Positions 49,860 to 59,503 of a DNA stretch of 64,000 bases are shown piece after piece. A program made the translations under genes and the position numbers. Position 1 is the first letter of the stretch; each line of letters begins with the position of its first letter. The stretch is taken from NCBI GenBank assembly GCA_041649715.1, contig JBAZMP010000001.1, positions 18,741 to 82,740 on the forward strand. The letters are read 5' to 3'. Origin of the DNA: Patescibacteria group bacterium. GTDB lineage: Bacteria > Patescibacteriota > Patescibacteriia > JAXHNJ01. The notes below the pieces were generated by a model that was not told where the DNA came from, did no database searches, and saw only the letters and a program-made list of their open reading frames with translations.

Positions 49860-50303
49860 ATGTCAAACCGTCATTTATCCCGTACGATCGCCATGCAGAC
49901 GCTTTATGAGTGGGATTTTAACGAGAGAAAAGACCAGGATTTGACCGATAACATAAAAATAAATGCCCATGAATTCGCGCCGGATTTTGATGATGAGGGT
50001 TTTGCCCGCTCAATCGTCGAGGGGGTGAAGAAAAATATCGAGCAGATCGACCGTTTAATCACGAAATACGCCCCGGAGTGGCCCCTAGACCAAATTACGA
50101 TCGTCGACCGCAATGTTCTCCGCATCGGCATCTACGAATTGAAATTTTCCGCCGATATTCCGCCCAAAGTCGCCATCAATGAGGCCATTGAATTAGCCAA
50201 GGGTTTTGGCGGCGAATCATCAGGCAAGTTCGTAAACGGGGTGCTAGGGGCGATTTTCCGCGACGAGGGCGGCGAGGAAAATCAAAAAAAATCAGACAAA
50301 TAG
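49860..50303 (+). CDS. nusB: transcription antitermination factor NusB
   Basis: [37 protein letters not shown]. Confidence 0.96.
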   Translation: MSNRHLSRTIAMQTLYEWDFNERKDQDLTDNIKINAHEFAPDFDDEGFARSIVEGVKKNIEQIDRLITKYAPEWPLDQITIVDRNVLRIGIYELKFSADIPPKVAINEAIELAKGFGGESSGKFVNGVLGAIFRDEGGEENQKKSDK

Positions 50304-50368
50304 CGTTAATAGCCGGACTTAAGGGATTGAAAATCAATCTTTTGTGTCTGGCGGTTAGGAAACGGAAA

Positions 50369-51061
50369 ATGAAGGATTTTTCCCAATTAGAGAAAAAAAT
50401 CGGCCTTAAGTTCAAAAAAAAGGACCTGCTTAAACAGGCCATGGTTCATCGTTCTTACCTGAACGAGAACCCCACTTTCCCTTTGCCGCATAACGAAAGG
50501 CTGGAATTTTTAGGCGACGCCGTTTTAGAACTGGTGGTCACTTTGTATCTGTATAAGAATTTTCCCAATCCGGAAGGGGATCTGACCAATTTCCGGGCGA
50601 GCCTGGTCAATACCCGGATGCTGGCGAAAATGGCCGAAAATCTGGGTTTTGACGATTATTTATACTTAAGCAAGGGCGAGGCGAAAGACGATAAATCAAA
50701 AGCCCGGCAGACGATCTTGGCCAATTCTTTTGAATCAGTGGTCGGCGCTATTTATCTTGATCACGGGTTTGGGCAGGCGGAAAACTTTATCAAAGAGAAG
50801 CTGCTTAAGGAACTGCCGGACATCTTGAAGGAAAGAAAATACCTGGACGCCAAGAGCAAATTGCAGGAGATAGTCCAGGCCAAAATCGGAGTGACCCCGG
50901 CCTACAAGGTGATCGATGAGTGGGGGCCCGATCACAACCGCCGTTTCAAAATCGGCGTCTTTTTCGGCCGCGAGTCGGTGGCCGAAGGAGAAGGGTATTC
51001 CAAGCAGGAGGCCCAGATGACGGCGGCGGAAAACGCCCTAAAAACGAAAGGTTGGCTCTAA
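50369..51061 (+). CDS. rnc: ribonuclease III
   Basis: HRSY, NERLEFLGDAVL, dsRBD KSKLQE..GPDH. Confidence 0.97.
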   Translation: MKDFSQLEKKIGLKFKKKDLLKQAMVHRSYLNENPTFPLPHNERLEFLGDAVLELVVTLYLYKNFPNPEGDLTNFRASLVNTRMLAKMAENLGFDDYLYLSKGEAKDDKSKARQTILANSFESVVGAIYLDHGFGQAENFIKEKLLKELPDILKERKYLDAKSKLQEIVQAKIGVTPAYKVIDEWGPDHNRRFKIGVFFGRESVAEGEGYSKQEAQMTAAENALKTKGWL

Positions 51062-51065
51062 TTTT

Positions 51066-51557
51066 ATGGATTTAGGCCTGACACTTGTATTAATCATTTG
51101 CGGCCTGATAATGATGGCCGGACTTTTCAGCATCATTTTTCCTTATTTACCGAGCATTCCCCTGATCTGGCTGGGGATTTTTTTATTCGCCGTGGCCAAC
51201 AAATTCGAGAAAATTGACGAGAAATTTCTGCTCTTGATGACCGTTCTGCTTTTGGTGGTGATATTATTGGATTACATGACCGATTATTGGGGGGCCAAAG
51301 GTCTTGTTTTCAGCTTCTGGGCCATCTTAGGGGCGGTGATCGGCGGCCTCATCGGCTCTCTTTTCAATATTATTTGGGGCTTGATTCTCGGTCCCCTGGT
51401 CGGCGCTTTGCTTGGAGAAATCATGTCCGGCCAGGACCTGGCTTTTGCCATAAAAACGAAAAGATACACCATAATTTGCTATGTCGCCGGCACCATTATC
51501 AAAATAAGCGTGGGGGTGGCGATGGTCGGGCTTTTTATCTGGAAATTAACCAGTTGA
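51066..51557 (+). CDS. DUF456-like membrane protein
   Basis: P.LP..PLIW.G, LDY, G..IG...GLILGP..GA..GE. Confidence 0.75.
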   Translation: MDLGLTLVLIICGLIMMAGLFSIIFPYLPSIPLIWLGIFLFAVANKFEKIDEKFLLLMTVLLLVVILLDYMTDYWGAKGLVFSFWAILGAVIGGLIGSLFNIIWGLILGPLVGALLGEIMSGQDLAFAIKTKRYTIICYVAGTIIKISVGVAMVGLFIWKLTS

Positions 51558-51664
51558 AATTGATAAAATTATTAGAAATCGCAAATCCGCCTATACAAGG
51601 CGTTTTTTGGCCTAAAAAAAGTCCGGCCTATTAAGGTTTTCTGGCCGGACAAAAGATCACTGCT

Positions 51665-51910
51665 TTAAGAACGAAGCAGACGGGAATAAAAGTCATGTAT
51701 CAACTGCGCGGTTAATTGTTGCAAGGTTAGGCGCATTTTTTCCATTCTTCTGTTGGTCGCGGCCGTTATCTCGTCGTCCGTGAAACCCATGGCCGCCAGT
51801 TCATCATAAAGATTGAATTGAGCGCCTCGCCGGCTTTTTTCTAAAAGTATCTCCATGGCTCCGTCAATCAATAGTATTCGAAAGTCTTTGATCGTAATGC
51901 TCATTTTCAC
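51665..51910 (-). CDS. small hypothetical protein
   Basis: GAGGTG RBS on the minus strand, hairpin downstream. Confidence 0.5.
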   Translation of the reverse strand: MKMSITIKDFRILLIDGAMEILLEKSRRGAQFNLYDELAAMGFTDDEITAATNRRMEKMRLTLQQLTAQLIHDFYSRLLRS

Positions 51911-52118
51911 CTCGCAGGTTATGGGTAAAGAGCAATCTAAAATTATCTAATCTCATTTTATCATATTTGTCAAGATTTGACCTTCTTGCTAAGATAAAAT
52001 ACTTTGTACATTGAAAGCTAAGTAGTTTTTTAAGGGCAGAATTGAAGGGAGGTTCTGAATTTAGATAGGTTATTAATTCATGGGTCAAACAGAGGATGAG
52101 GCCTGAAAGGAGAGGAAG

Positions 52119-53096
52119 ATGAAGAATTTTGCCGATCGGCTTATTGAGGCCATCCAGGCCAAAAAGTCCTACCTTTGTGTGGGGCTTGATCCTCAGCTGC
52201 GGTATTTCCCGCCGCTTCTGCTGAAGAATTGTGCTTCGTTGGGCGAGATGGGAGGCGTGGGAGAAGCCATCTTGACTTTCAATCGCTCCATCATCAACGC
52301 CACGGCCGAATACGCCGCCTGCTACAAGACGCAGATGGCTTTTTACGAGCAGTACGGTCCGACGGGCATCTGGGCTTTTCAGGAAACCGTCAGATACGCT
52401 CACGAGAAGGGAGAGCTGGTCGTCGAAGACGCCAAGCGGGGGGACGGCGGCGACACGGCCGAAGCCTATGCCGAGGGTCATCTCGGGCTGATCGATGTCA
52501 TCGGTCCCGACGGGGAACTCGTCAAAGCGAGATCCCCATACGATGTGGACGCGATCACCATCCACGACTGGATAGACGAGCCTTGTCACGAGCCCTTTAT
52601 CAGAGTGGCTGTCCGTGAAGGCAAGGGCGTATTCGTCGTGGACAAGACTTCCTTCAAGCCGGCTTCGCGTTTCCAGGAGATGGCGGACGCCGACGGCGAA
52701 AAAGGCTGGGTCAAGATGGCAAAGGTCATCAAGGTCCTGGGTGAAAGCCTGAAGGGTGAACACGGCTATTCTCCCATCGGCGTGGTGATGGGCGCCACTT
52801 ATCCGGAAGAAGCCAAACTCATGAGAGAACTGCTGCCGGAGGCGTTCAAACTCATCCCCGGTTTTGGTGTCCAGGGCGGCGGGGCGGATGAAGCGGTCGT
52901 CTGCATCAATCCGGACGGATTCGGCATCCTCCCCAACAATTCCCGGGGCACCAACTATGCCTGGCATCCGAAGTTCAAATCGGAATTCCAAGGCGATCCC
53001 ATGAGCTATATCATATCGTCGGCCAGGGAAACGAAGAAGTGTCGCGACGCCCTCAACGCGGCGGTGCTGAAGAAGAACGGTTCTTTGCCCTGGTAG
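52119..53096 (+). CDS. pyrF: orotidine-5'-phosphate decarboxylase
   Basis: LCVGLDP, YK.Q.AFYE, DAKRGD, TS, G.VMGAT, LIPGFG.QGG, NSR. Confidence 0.93.
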   Translation: MKNFADRLIEAIQAKKSYLCVGLDPQLRYFPPLLLKNCASLGEMGGVGEAILTFNRSIINATAEYAACYKTQMAFYEQYGPTGIWAFQETVRYAHEKGELVVEDAKRGDGGDTAEAYAEGHLGLIDVIGPDGELVKARSPYDVDAITIHDWIDEPCHEPFIRVAVREGKGVFVVDKTSFKPASRFQEMADADGEKGWVKMAKVIKVLGESLKGEHGYSPIGVVMGATYPEEAKLMRELLPEAFKLIPGFGVQGGGADEAVVCINPDGFGILPNNSRGTNYAWHPKFKSEFQGDPMSYIISSARETKKCRDALNAAVLKKNGSLPW

Positions 53097-53139
53097 CAAG
53101 TGATCGTAAACCCTAACCCTTTTAAGGGGGTGAAAGAAA

Positions 53140-53874
53140 ATGGATGAGGAAGAAATCCTGCAAGTCTTTGAGAGATCGGGCGCCTTGTTGCGGAATACTC
53201 ACGTGGTTCTGACCAAAAAGGAATTTCCCAAGGGTTCCGGCGACCTGCACTGGTTCCACAGCGATCAGTACGTGAACAAGGACGCTCTTTTCACCCGGCC
53301 TCATGATCTAGCGTGTCTCGGCGCGGAAATTGCCGAACACTATGACGGTCGGGGGATTGAAATCGTCGTCGGACCGGCGGTCGGCGCGGTCGGCCTTTCT
53401 CTATTGGTCGGCTCCAATCTCCAGCTTCTTGAAGAAGATGAAAGTCGCGTAATCCCCGTATACGCGGAGAAAGGGGTGGATGGAGAATTTATCATTCGGG
53501 GTTATTTTGCCACTCTTATTCCTGGCAAGAGAGTGCTGGTTGTGGAAGACGTGGCTTCTTCCGGGGGTTCGGCCAAGCGGGTTGTGGAGGCGGTCAGAAA
53601 AGCGGAAGGAATCGTTGATGATGTCGCTTTCCTCTGGAACCGCGGTCGGGTGACGCCTGCTGATCTGGGAGTGAACGAAGTTTTTTCTCTCCTGGAATCA
53701 GAGATGCCGATGTTTATCGCCGAAGAGGATGGCCAGTGTCCGCTCTGCCGGGACAGGATCCCGATTGACAAGCGCGTCGGCAAGTGGAAAGAATATCTCG
53801 AAGAAAAAGCCAGAGGTGACAGCCGTTTTGCCGACTGGTGTCGCAGTTTGCTCCATTTCAACGAGAAGATTTAA
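53140..53874 (+). CDS. pyrE: orotate phosphoribosyltransferase
   Basis: HS..YVNK, VGPAVG, YAEK, PRPP motif VLVVEDVASSGGS; follows pyrF. Confidence 0.88.
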   Translation: MDEEEILQVFERSGALLRNTHVVLTKKEFPKGSGDLHWFHSDQYVNKDALFTRPHDLACLGAEIAEHYDGRGIEIVVGPAVGAVGLSLLVGSNLQLLEEDESRVIPVYAEKGVDGEFIIRGYFATLIPGKRVLVVEDVASSGGSAKRVVEAVRKAEGIVDDVAFLWNRGRVTPADLGVNEVFSLLESEMPMFIAEEDGQCPLCRDRIPIDKRVGKWKEYLEEKARGDSRFADWCRSLLHFNEKI

Positions 53875-54022
53875 CCTTCAAGCGAACCCGCTCGACTTCA
53901 AGAGAGCGGGTTTTTTTATAGGCAAAAAAATCTATTGACATATAAAAAACAATGTGTTAAGATGGCGTATTCAAATACTTACTAGTTCCTTATTTGTGCT
54001 CATTATAGAAGGGAGAAATCCA

Positions 54023-54400
54023 ATGGATAAGAAAATACTGTTGCTATTAAATCGTTCGGTGCAAATGGATTCAGGGAGCGCCATCCTTTACGGAGGCAAA
54101 GAATTTGAAGTCATGACTTTTGAAGACGGCGACGAGGCAATTAACATGGCTCGCGACTGGCAGCCTGATTTTATCCTGGTTGATATCATTACCCCGAAAC
54201 TCGACGGCTACGAAGTCTGCCGGATTATCAAAGGAAATCCGCTCACCAGACATATTCACGTGGTGCTTGTCACCGGTCATGACCGCGAAATAGACAAGCG
54301 GCTGGGCCAGCAAGTTGGGGCGGCCGGCAATTTGGTCAGACCGGTCAACGCCATGAGACTGATTGAGCTTATCAACCGGATTCTGGCTTTGCCAGGCTAG
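54023..54400 (+). CDS. single-domain response regulator (receiver)
   Basis: DGDEA..A....PDFILVDII.PKLDGYEVCR, VLVTG; acidic pocket and conserved Lys appear degenerate. Confidence 0.8.
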   Translation: MDKKILLLLNRSVQMDSGSAILYGGKEFEVMTFEDGDEAINMARDWQPDFILVDIITPKLDGYEVCRIIKGNPLTRHIHVVLVTGHDREIDKRLGQQVGAAGNLVRPVNAMRLIELINRILALPG

Positions 54401-54497
54401 AAAATACAGAGTTGACGCCTATCTCACAATTTAGGATAAGAAAGTAAACCCGCGGCCAAGAAAAAGCAGCGGGTTTTTTTATCCACAATAATAGTAT

Positions 54498-54526
54498 TTG
54501 ACAATCAAATTCATTTCCTATAACAT
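54498..54526 (+). promoter_or_regulatory. sigma70-type promoter of the CUA-tRNA operon
   Basis: TTGACA-17-TAACAT. Confidence 0.7.
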
Positions 54527-54551
54527 AAGATAACTGTTGTTCAAAAAATAA

Positions 54552-54627
54552 GTGGGCGTAGCTCAACGGTTAGAGCGCCTGACTCTAAATCAGGATGTTG
54601 TTGGTTCAAATCCAATCACCCACTCCA
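54552..54627 (+). tRNA. tRNA with CUA anticodon (amber suppressor type), copy 1
   Basis: GTGGGCG-TA-GCTC-AACGGTTA-GAGC-G-CCTGA-CTCTAAA-TCAGG-ATGTT-GTTGG-TTCAAAT-CCAAT-CACCCAC-T-CCA. Confidence 0.9.
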
Positions 54628-54649
54628 GATTTTCTTGCTCTTTAGCGTT

Positions 54650-54724
54650 GTCCCAGTAGCTCAGCGGTAGAGCGCCTGACTCTAAATCAGGCAGTCGGAG
54701 GTTCAACTCCTCTCTGGGACTCCA
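54650..54724 (+). tRNA. tRNA with CUA anticodon (amber suppressor type), copy 2
   Basis: GTCCCAG-TA-GCTC-AGCGGTA-GAGC-G-CCTGA-CTCTAAA-TCAGG-CAGTC-GGAGG-TTCAACT-CCTCT-CTGGGAC-T-CCA. Confidence 0.93.
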
Positions 54725-54866
54725 AATTTTGAGGCTGGCAGGAAAAGCGATAAAAAAACCGCAGACTCTCCGCTAATCCTGGTCAGCCTTTTTCTATTGG
54801 CAAAACCAGGAAAATCTAGTAAAATAATAGGAAAGGGCGATTGTCGCCTTTTCTCATTTTTACGTT

Positions 54867-57575
54867 ATGTATTTAAAGAAACTGGAAATTCAGGGTTTTA
54901 AATCGTTTGCCCATAAATCGGTCTTGGAATTCAACCCCGGTATCACTTGTGTGGTGGGCCCGAACGGTTCCGGCAAATCAAACGTGGCGGATTCCATCCG
55001 CTGGGTGATGGGCGAGCAGAGCCTTAAGGTTTTGCGCGGCAAAAAATCCGAAGACGTGATTTTCGCCGGCTCCGACAAAAAAACCCGGTTGTCTTCCGCC
55101 GAGGTGTCTTTGCATATCGATAATCGGGATCATTCCATGCCCATTGATTATGACGAAGTGGTGATCACCCGCCGGGTCTACCGCGACGGTTTGGGCGAAT
55201 ATTTGATAAATAAAAAACCCGCCCGGCTGCAGGACATTTTGCTTTTATTGGCTAAAGCCAATTTCGGCCAGCGGACTTATTCCATCATTGCCCAAGGCAT
55301 GATCGATTATTTCATTATGGCTTCCCCGCGCGAACGCAAAGAGCTTTTCGACGAGGCGGCCGGCGTGAGGCAGTATCAGATCAAGCGGGATCAGGCGATC
55401 TTAAAACTTGACCACACTAAGGAAAATTTGGGCCAGGTGGAAGTTTTGCTCAATGAAATTTCTCCGCGCCTGCGTTCATTGACCCGGCAGGTTCACCGCT
55501 GGGAAAGAAAAGAGGAGATCGAAAAGAACTTGCGGGAAAAACAGATCGGCTATTATAATTTTTTATACCAGGATATTTTCCAGAAACACGAAGAAGCGCA
55601 AAATAATTTTTTAACCCTGGAAAAAGAAAGGCAAAAAGTTAAGGAAGAAATCGATCAGCTTCATGGGCGGCTGGAGGGTCTGGCCAAGGAAAGCACCCGG
55701 GGGGAATTATTCACTGAACGGCAAAAAGAATACCAAAAGATTCTGGACCAAAAAAACTCTTTGGCTCAGGAAAAAATGGTTTTGGAGGGTCAAATGGAGC
55801 TGGATCTGGTCGCGACCGGCGGCAGCGACCTGAATTACTGGCGCAAGAAAAAAGAAGAGGTGGGCCATAAACTTGGCGATTTGAGAACCGAGACCAAGAT
55901 TATTGAAGAAAAAATAAAGATACTAGAGCCTAAATTAGAGGAAAGGATCCGCCAGCAAAAAGAAATATTGGGGGAGTGTGATAAAATAGAGCATCGTTTG
56001 AAGATAGTCCAGGAAAAAATGGCCGGTCAGGAACCCCTGGATTTTACCGGGATAAAAAATGAATTGAACCAGCTGTATCTTTTACAGCAGGATTTCATCA
56101 AAAAAATCAGCGAAACAAGCGAACTGGAGGGCTTAAAGACGATCAAAAAAGAGGCCGAGAAGATCAAGGAAAGGATGGCCTTGTTTTTGGAAAAAGTGAA
56201 GTCTTCTTCCCCCACCTCCCCGAAAGAAATCATTGGCCTGCAAAATGCGCTTAGCGAGCAAATCAGAAAAAGAGACATTCTCGTCAATGAAGTCAATGAC
56301 ATGAAGGTGGAAATGGAAGTAAAGCGGGAAATACTCAGCAATAGGCTTAAAATAAGCCAGGAGACAGAAAATGAATTAGCGGCCCTGGATCGTCAGATTG
56401 AGCGTTTTGCCGCCGGAACAAAGGAAGAAAAAAACAGCCGTTTAGCCGGCCAGAAAAAAGAACTGGAAGGAAAGATCGCGGCGGCGGATAAGGAATTGGC
56501 CGAAGCCCAAAAAAGAATCAACGCTTTTAATGACGAGGAACAGCAGAAAAAGGACAGTCTTTTCGCCCTGCAAAAGGATTTTCGCCTCAAACAGGAAGGT
56601 TTGAATGAAATTGCCAACAAGATAAATAGTTTTAAGGTGGAACTGGCCCGTTTTGAAACGAAAAAAGAGGATTTAGAGCATGAAGTAAAGGAGGAATTGC
56701 CGGAAAACCACTGGCCGGCTGTGTTTAGGGAGAAAAGACCGGTTGTTGAGGGCTTTAATAAAACGGAAGATGAAAATGAGATCTTGCGGCTCAAGCATCA
56801 GATCGGTCTGATCGGCGGGATCGACGAAAATACGGAAAATGAATACAAAGAAACTAAAGAGAGATATGATTTTTTAAAGACCCAGTCGGATGATCTAAAT
56901 AAATCTCTTCTGGATCTTGAGAAAGTCATCGCGGATCTGGACCGGACCATCGAGCAAAGATTTAACCAGTCATTTGAGAAAATAAACGAGCAATTCGGCA
57001 AATACTTCAAGGTTTTGTTCAATGGCGGCCAGGCCAAACTTAGCCTGATTAAGGAAGAATTAAAGGAGGATGAGGAGGAATTAGAGGTGATCGATGAAAA
57101 ATCCGCCGGAGGCGGATCCGCCTTAGGCGGAGAAAAAGAAAAAAAGACCGCTGAGGAAGAAATGCCGGAAGCGGCCGAGAAGAAGAAAAAGTCGGAAAAA
57201 GTGGTCGCCGGAGTGGAGATAATGGCTACCCCGCCCGGTAAAAAGTTAAAGAATATCAACATGCTTTCCGGCGGGGAAAGAGCCTTAAGTTCGATTGCCT
57301 TGATTTGCGCCATCCTGGATAATAATCCTTCGCCCTTTGTCGTGCTGGACGAGGTGGACGCCGCCCTAGACGAAGCCAATTCTATTAAATTTGCCAGCAT
57401 TGTGGGAAACTTGAGCAAGAAAAGCCAGTTTATTGTGATCACTCATAATCGGGCGACCATGGAAAAGGCGAATATTCTTTACGGCGTGACCATGGGCGAT
57501 GACGGCGTGTCTAAGCTCCTTTCCATAAAAATGGAGGAAGCGGAAGAGGTGATAAATCAGCACGGCAACCGTTAA
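54867..57575 (+). CDS. smc: chromosome segregation protein SMC, short form
   Basis: MYLKKLEIQGFKSF, GPNGSGKSN, LSGGE, VVLDEVDAALD, QFIVITH. Confidence 0.92.
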   Translation: MYLKKLEIQGFKSFAHKSVLEFNPGITCVVGPNGSGKSNVADSIRWVMGEQSLKVLRGKKSEDVIFAGSDKKTRLSSAEVSLHIDNRDHSMPIDYDEVVITRRVYRDGLGEYLINKKPARLQDILLLLAKANFGQRTYSIIAQGMIDYFIMASPRERKELFDEAAGVRQYQIKRDQAILKLDHTKENLGQVEVLLNEISPRLRSLTRQVHRWERKEEIEKNLREKQIGYYNFLYQDIFQKHEEAQNNFLTLEKERQKVKEEIDQLHGRLEGLAKESTRGELFTERQKEYQKILDQKNSLAQEKMVLEGQMELDLVATGGSDLNYWRKKKEEVGHKLGDLRTETKIIEEKIKILEPKLEERIRQQKEILGECDKIEHRLKIVQEKMAGQEPLDFTGIKNELNQLYLLQQDFIKKISETSELEGLKTIKKEAEKIKERMALFLEKVKSSSPTSPKEIIGLQNALSEQIRKRDILVNEVNDMKVEMEVKREILSNRLKISQETENELAALDRQIERFAAGTKEEKNSRLAGQKKELEGKIAAADKELAEAQKRINAFNDEEQQKKDSLFALQKDFRLKQEGLNEIANKINSFKVELARFETKKEDLEHEVKEELPENHWPAVFREKRPVVEGFNKTEDENEILRLKHQIGLIGGIDENTENEYKETKERYDFLKTQSDDLNKSLLDLEKVIADLDRTIEQRFNQSFEKINEQFGKYFKVLFNGGQAKLSLIKEELKEDEEELEVIDEKSAGGGSALGGEKEKKTAEEEMPEAAEKKKKSEKVVAGVEIMATPPGKKLKNINMLSGGERALSSIALICAILDNNPSPFVVLDEVDAALDEANSIKFASIVGNLSKKSQFIVITHNRATMEKANILYGVTMGDDGVSKLLSIKMEEAEEVINQHGNR
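57102..57131. repeat. 30-nt REP-like double palindrome in frame within smc
   Basis: tccgcc-gga-ggcgga-tccgcc-tta-ggcgga encodes SAGGGSALGG inside an acidic linker. Confidence 0.7.
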
Positions 57576-57622
57576 ATAGCAAAAAACAAGCCAATATCAG
57601 ATATGGGTTTCTTTTTATTTTT

Positions 57623-58807
57623 TTAAATGGAAGTGACGCGCAGCACTTCTTCCAAGGTGGTGATTCCCGCCGCGGCTTTCATGATTCCTTTTTCCCGTAA
57701 GCTTTTCATGCCCTTGATTTGCGCTTGTTCAAATATGGTCTGATAGGGAGCGCGGGAAATAATTAGGGATTTTAGCTCGTTATCCAGGTTCAATATCTCA
57801 AAAATAGCCGTGCGGCCGAGGTAGCCCGCCGCGCCGCATTTTTGGCAGCCTCTTGATTTTACGAGGTTTATTTCTTTGAAGTTTTCCAGGCTGAATTCCT
57901 TGATCAAGGCCGGGGTCGGTATGATTTTTTCGGCGCAATGCGGGCAGACGACCCTAACCAGGCGCTGGGCGATGATACCGATGGTGGCCGAACTGATTAA
58001 GACCGGTTCAACGCCGATATCCACCAATCGGGAAATCGCCCCGACGGCGTTATTGGTGTGAAGGGTGGTCAAGACCAGGTGCCCGGTGAGGGCGGCCCGG
58101 ACGGCGATATCGGCCGTGTCGCGGTCGCGGATTTCGCCAAGCATGATGATATCCGGATCTTGCCGGAGCAATGAGCGCAAACCAGAAGCGAAGGTCAGGC
58201 CGTTATCCGGATCAATCTGGGTCTGCCGGATCAAGGGCAATTGATATTCCACGGGATCTTCCAGGGTGACAATGTTTTTTTCGATGGTGTTTAAGGTATG
58301 AAGCGTCGAATATAGGGTGGTGGTTTTGCCGGAGCCGTTCGGGCCGGTGACAAAGATAATCCCGTAAGGTGTCGCTATCATTTTTTTGTACAAGGCATAC
58401 TCTTCCTCTGAAAAACCCAGGTGTTCCAGGCCGAGCATTATCTGGGTTTTATCAAGAAGTCGCAAGGAGACATTTTCGCCATAAAGAGTGGGAAAGATAG
58501 AAACCCTCAGGTCAAGCTCTTTTTTGTCTAGTTCAAAACTGATCCGTCCATCCTGGGGCTTGCGGCGTTCAGCGATGTCCAGGTCGGCTAACACCTTGAT
58601 CCTGGAAACGAGCGGTTCCAGAAAGGAAACAGGATGGTTGGCCACTTCCCTTAGAATACCATCAATTCTGAACCTGATTCTCAATCTTTCGTTTTCCGGC
58701 TCAAGATGGACGTCAGAGGCATGATAGGTTAACGCCGCCCTCACTATTTCATTCACCATTTTTATGATCAATCCGGATTCCGATTCTGTTTTATTGCTTT
58801 TTCCCAT
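57623..58807 (-). CDS. GspE/PilB family secretion/pilus ATPase
   Basis: ASDVHLEP, RFRIDG, PQDGR, TGPNGSGKTTTLY, TLEDPVE, LRQDPD, TGHLVLTTLH, CxxC pairs. Confidence 0.93.
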   Translation of the reverse strand: MGKSNKTESESGLIIKMVNEIVRAALTYHASDVHLEPENERLRIRFRIDGILREVANHPVSFLEPLVSRIKVLADLDIAERRKPQDGRISFELDKKELDLRVSIFPTLYGENVSLRLLDKTQIMLGLEHLGFSEEEYALYKKMIATPYGIIFVTGPNGSGKTTTLYSTLHTLNTIEKNIVTLEDPVEYQLPLIRQTQIDPDNGLTFASGLRSLLRQDPDIIMLGEIRDRDTADIAVRAALTGHLVLTTLHTNNAVGAISRLVDIGVEPVLISSATIGIIAQRLVRVVCPHCAEKIIPTPALIKEFSLENFKEINLVKSRGCQKCGAAGYLGRTAIFEILNLDNELKSLIISRAPYQTIFEQAQIKGMKSLREKGIMKAAAGITTLEEVLRVTSI

Positions 58808-58927
58808 AAGATTGTCGCCTTAATACGATTTAATCTTATCTTTTTTCACTTTTTTCGTCAAAGCCCTTACCTTGACAGTTTAATCCATTTCATTTATCAT
58901 GTAAGAAAGACTTATTAAGCTTTCATT

Positions 58928-59338
58928 ATGCTTATCATCCGTTTAAGCCGTCAGGGAAAGAAAAATGAGCCGTATTTTCGGCTGATTATCAACGAAAAAA
59001 CCAAAGACACAGTCGGCGACTACCTGGAGTCACTCGGTTTTTATGATCCGAGAAAAAAAATTCTGAAAATGAACGAGGAAAGAATAAAATATTGGCTTTC
59101 CAAAGGCGCCCAGGCTTCAGGCACTGTGCATAATATTTTAGTGACCAGAGGCCTCATTTCCGGAAAGAAGATAAAAAAGGGCGGGAATAAAAAAGAAGAA
59201 ATAAAAGTGGAAGGGCAGGCGGAAAAGAAAACCGGTACAGGTCCGCAGGCCGCGCCGGCGGAAAATACTGCAACTCCGAAAGAAGAGAAAAAAGAAAAGG
59301 CTAAGGTTTCTGAAGAGAAACCGGCCGAAAAAAAGTGA
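58928..59338 (+). CDS. rpsP: 30S ribosomal protein S16
   Basis: MLIIRLSRQGKK..P.FR, E.LGFYDP, YWLSKGAQ.S.TV. Confidence 0.95.
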   Translation: MLIIRLSRQGKKNEPYFRLIINEKTKDTVGDYLESLGFYDPRKKILKMNEERIKYWLSKGAQASGTVHNILVTRGLISGKKIKKGGNKKEEIKVEGQAEKKTGTGPQAAPAENTATPKEEKKEKAKVSEEKPAEKK

Positions 59339-59503
59339 AGGTTTAATAATATTTTTCCGGATAGATAAAACTTGACAGCATTATTCCATTTGGTACATTA
59401 AAGATAGAGAGTATTTGATAAACCAGTCTGTTTTTACCGGTTTAAGGTAAATCGGTCGGTGAAAAGGTCGGCAGCACTGGTAAACCAAAATGTAAGGAAG
59501 CAT

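Noticed and set aside
51864-53099. 411-aa minus-strand ORF
   Set aside because: Antisense shadow of the GC-rich pyrF; the same applies to the many short ORFs opposite or overlapping other genes.
54552-54724. CUA tRNAs as tRNA-Pyl or as misread tRNA-Arg(UCU)
   Set aside because: The canonical D loop, T loop and 5-bp anticodon stem are unlike tRNA-Pyl, and no pyl genes are in the window. A UCU register breaks the stem, and the Arg determinant A20 is absent.
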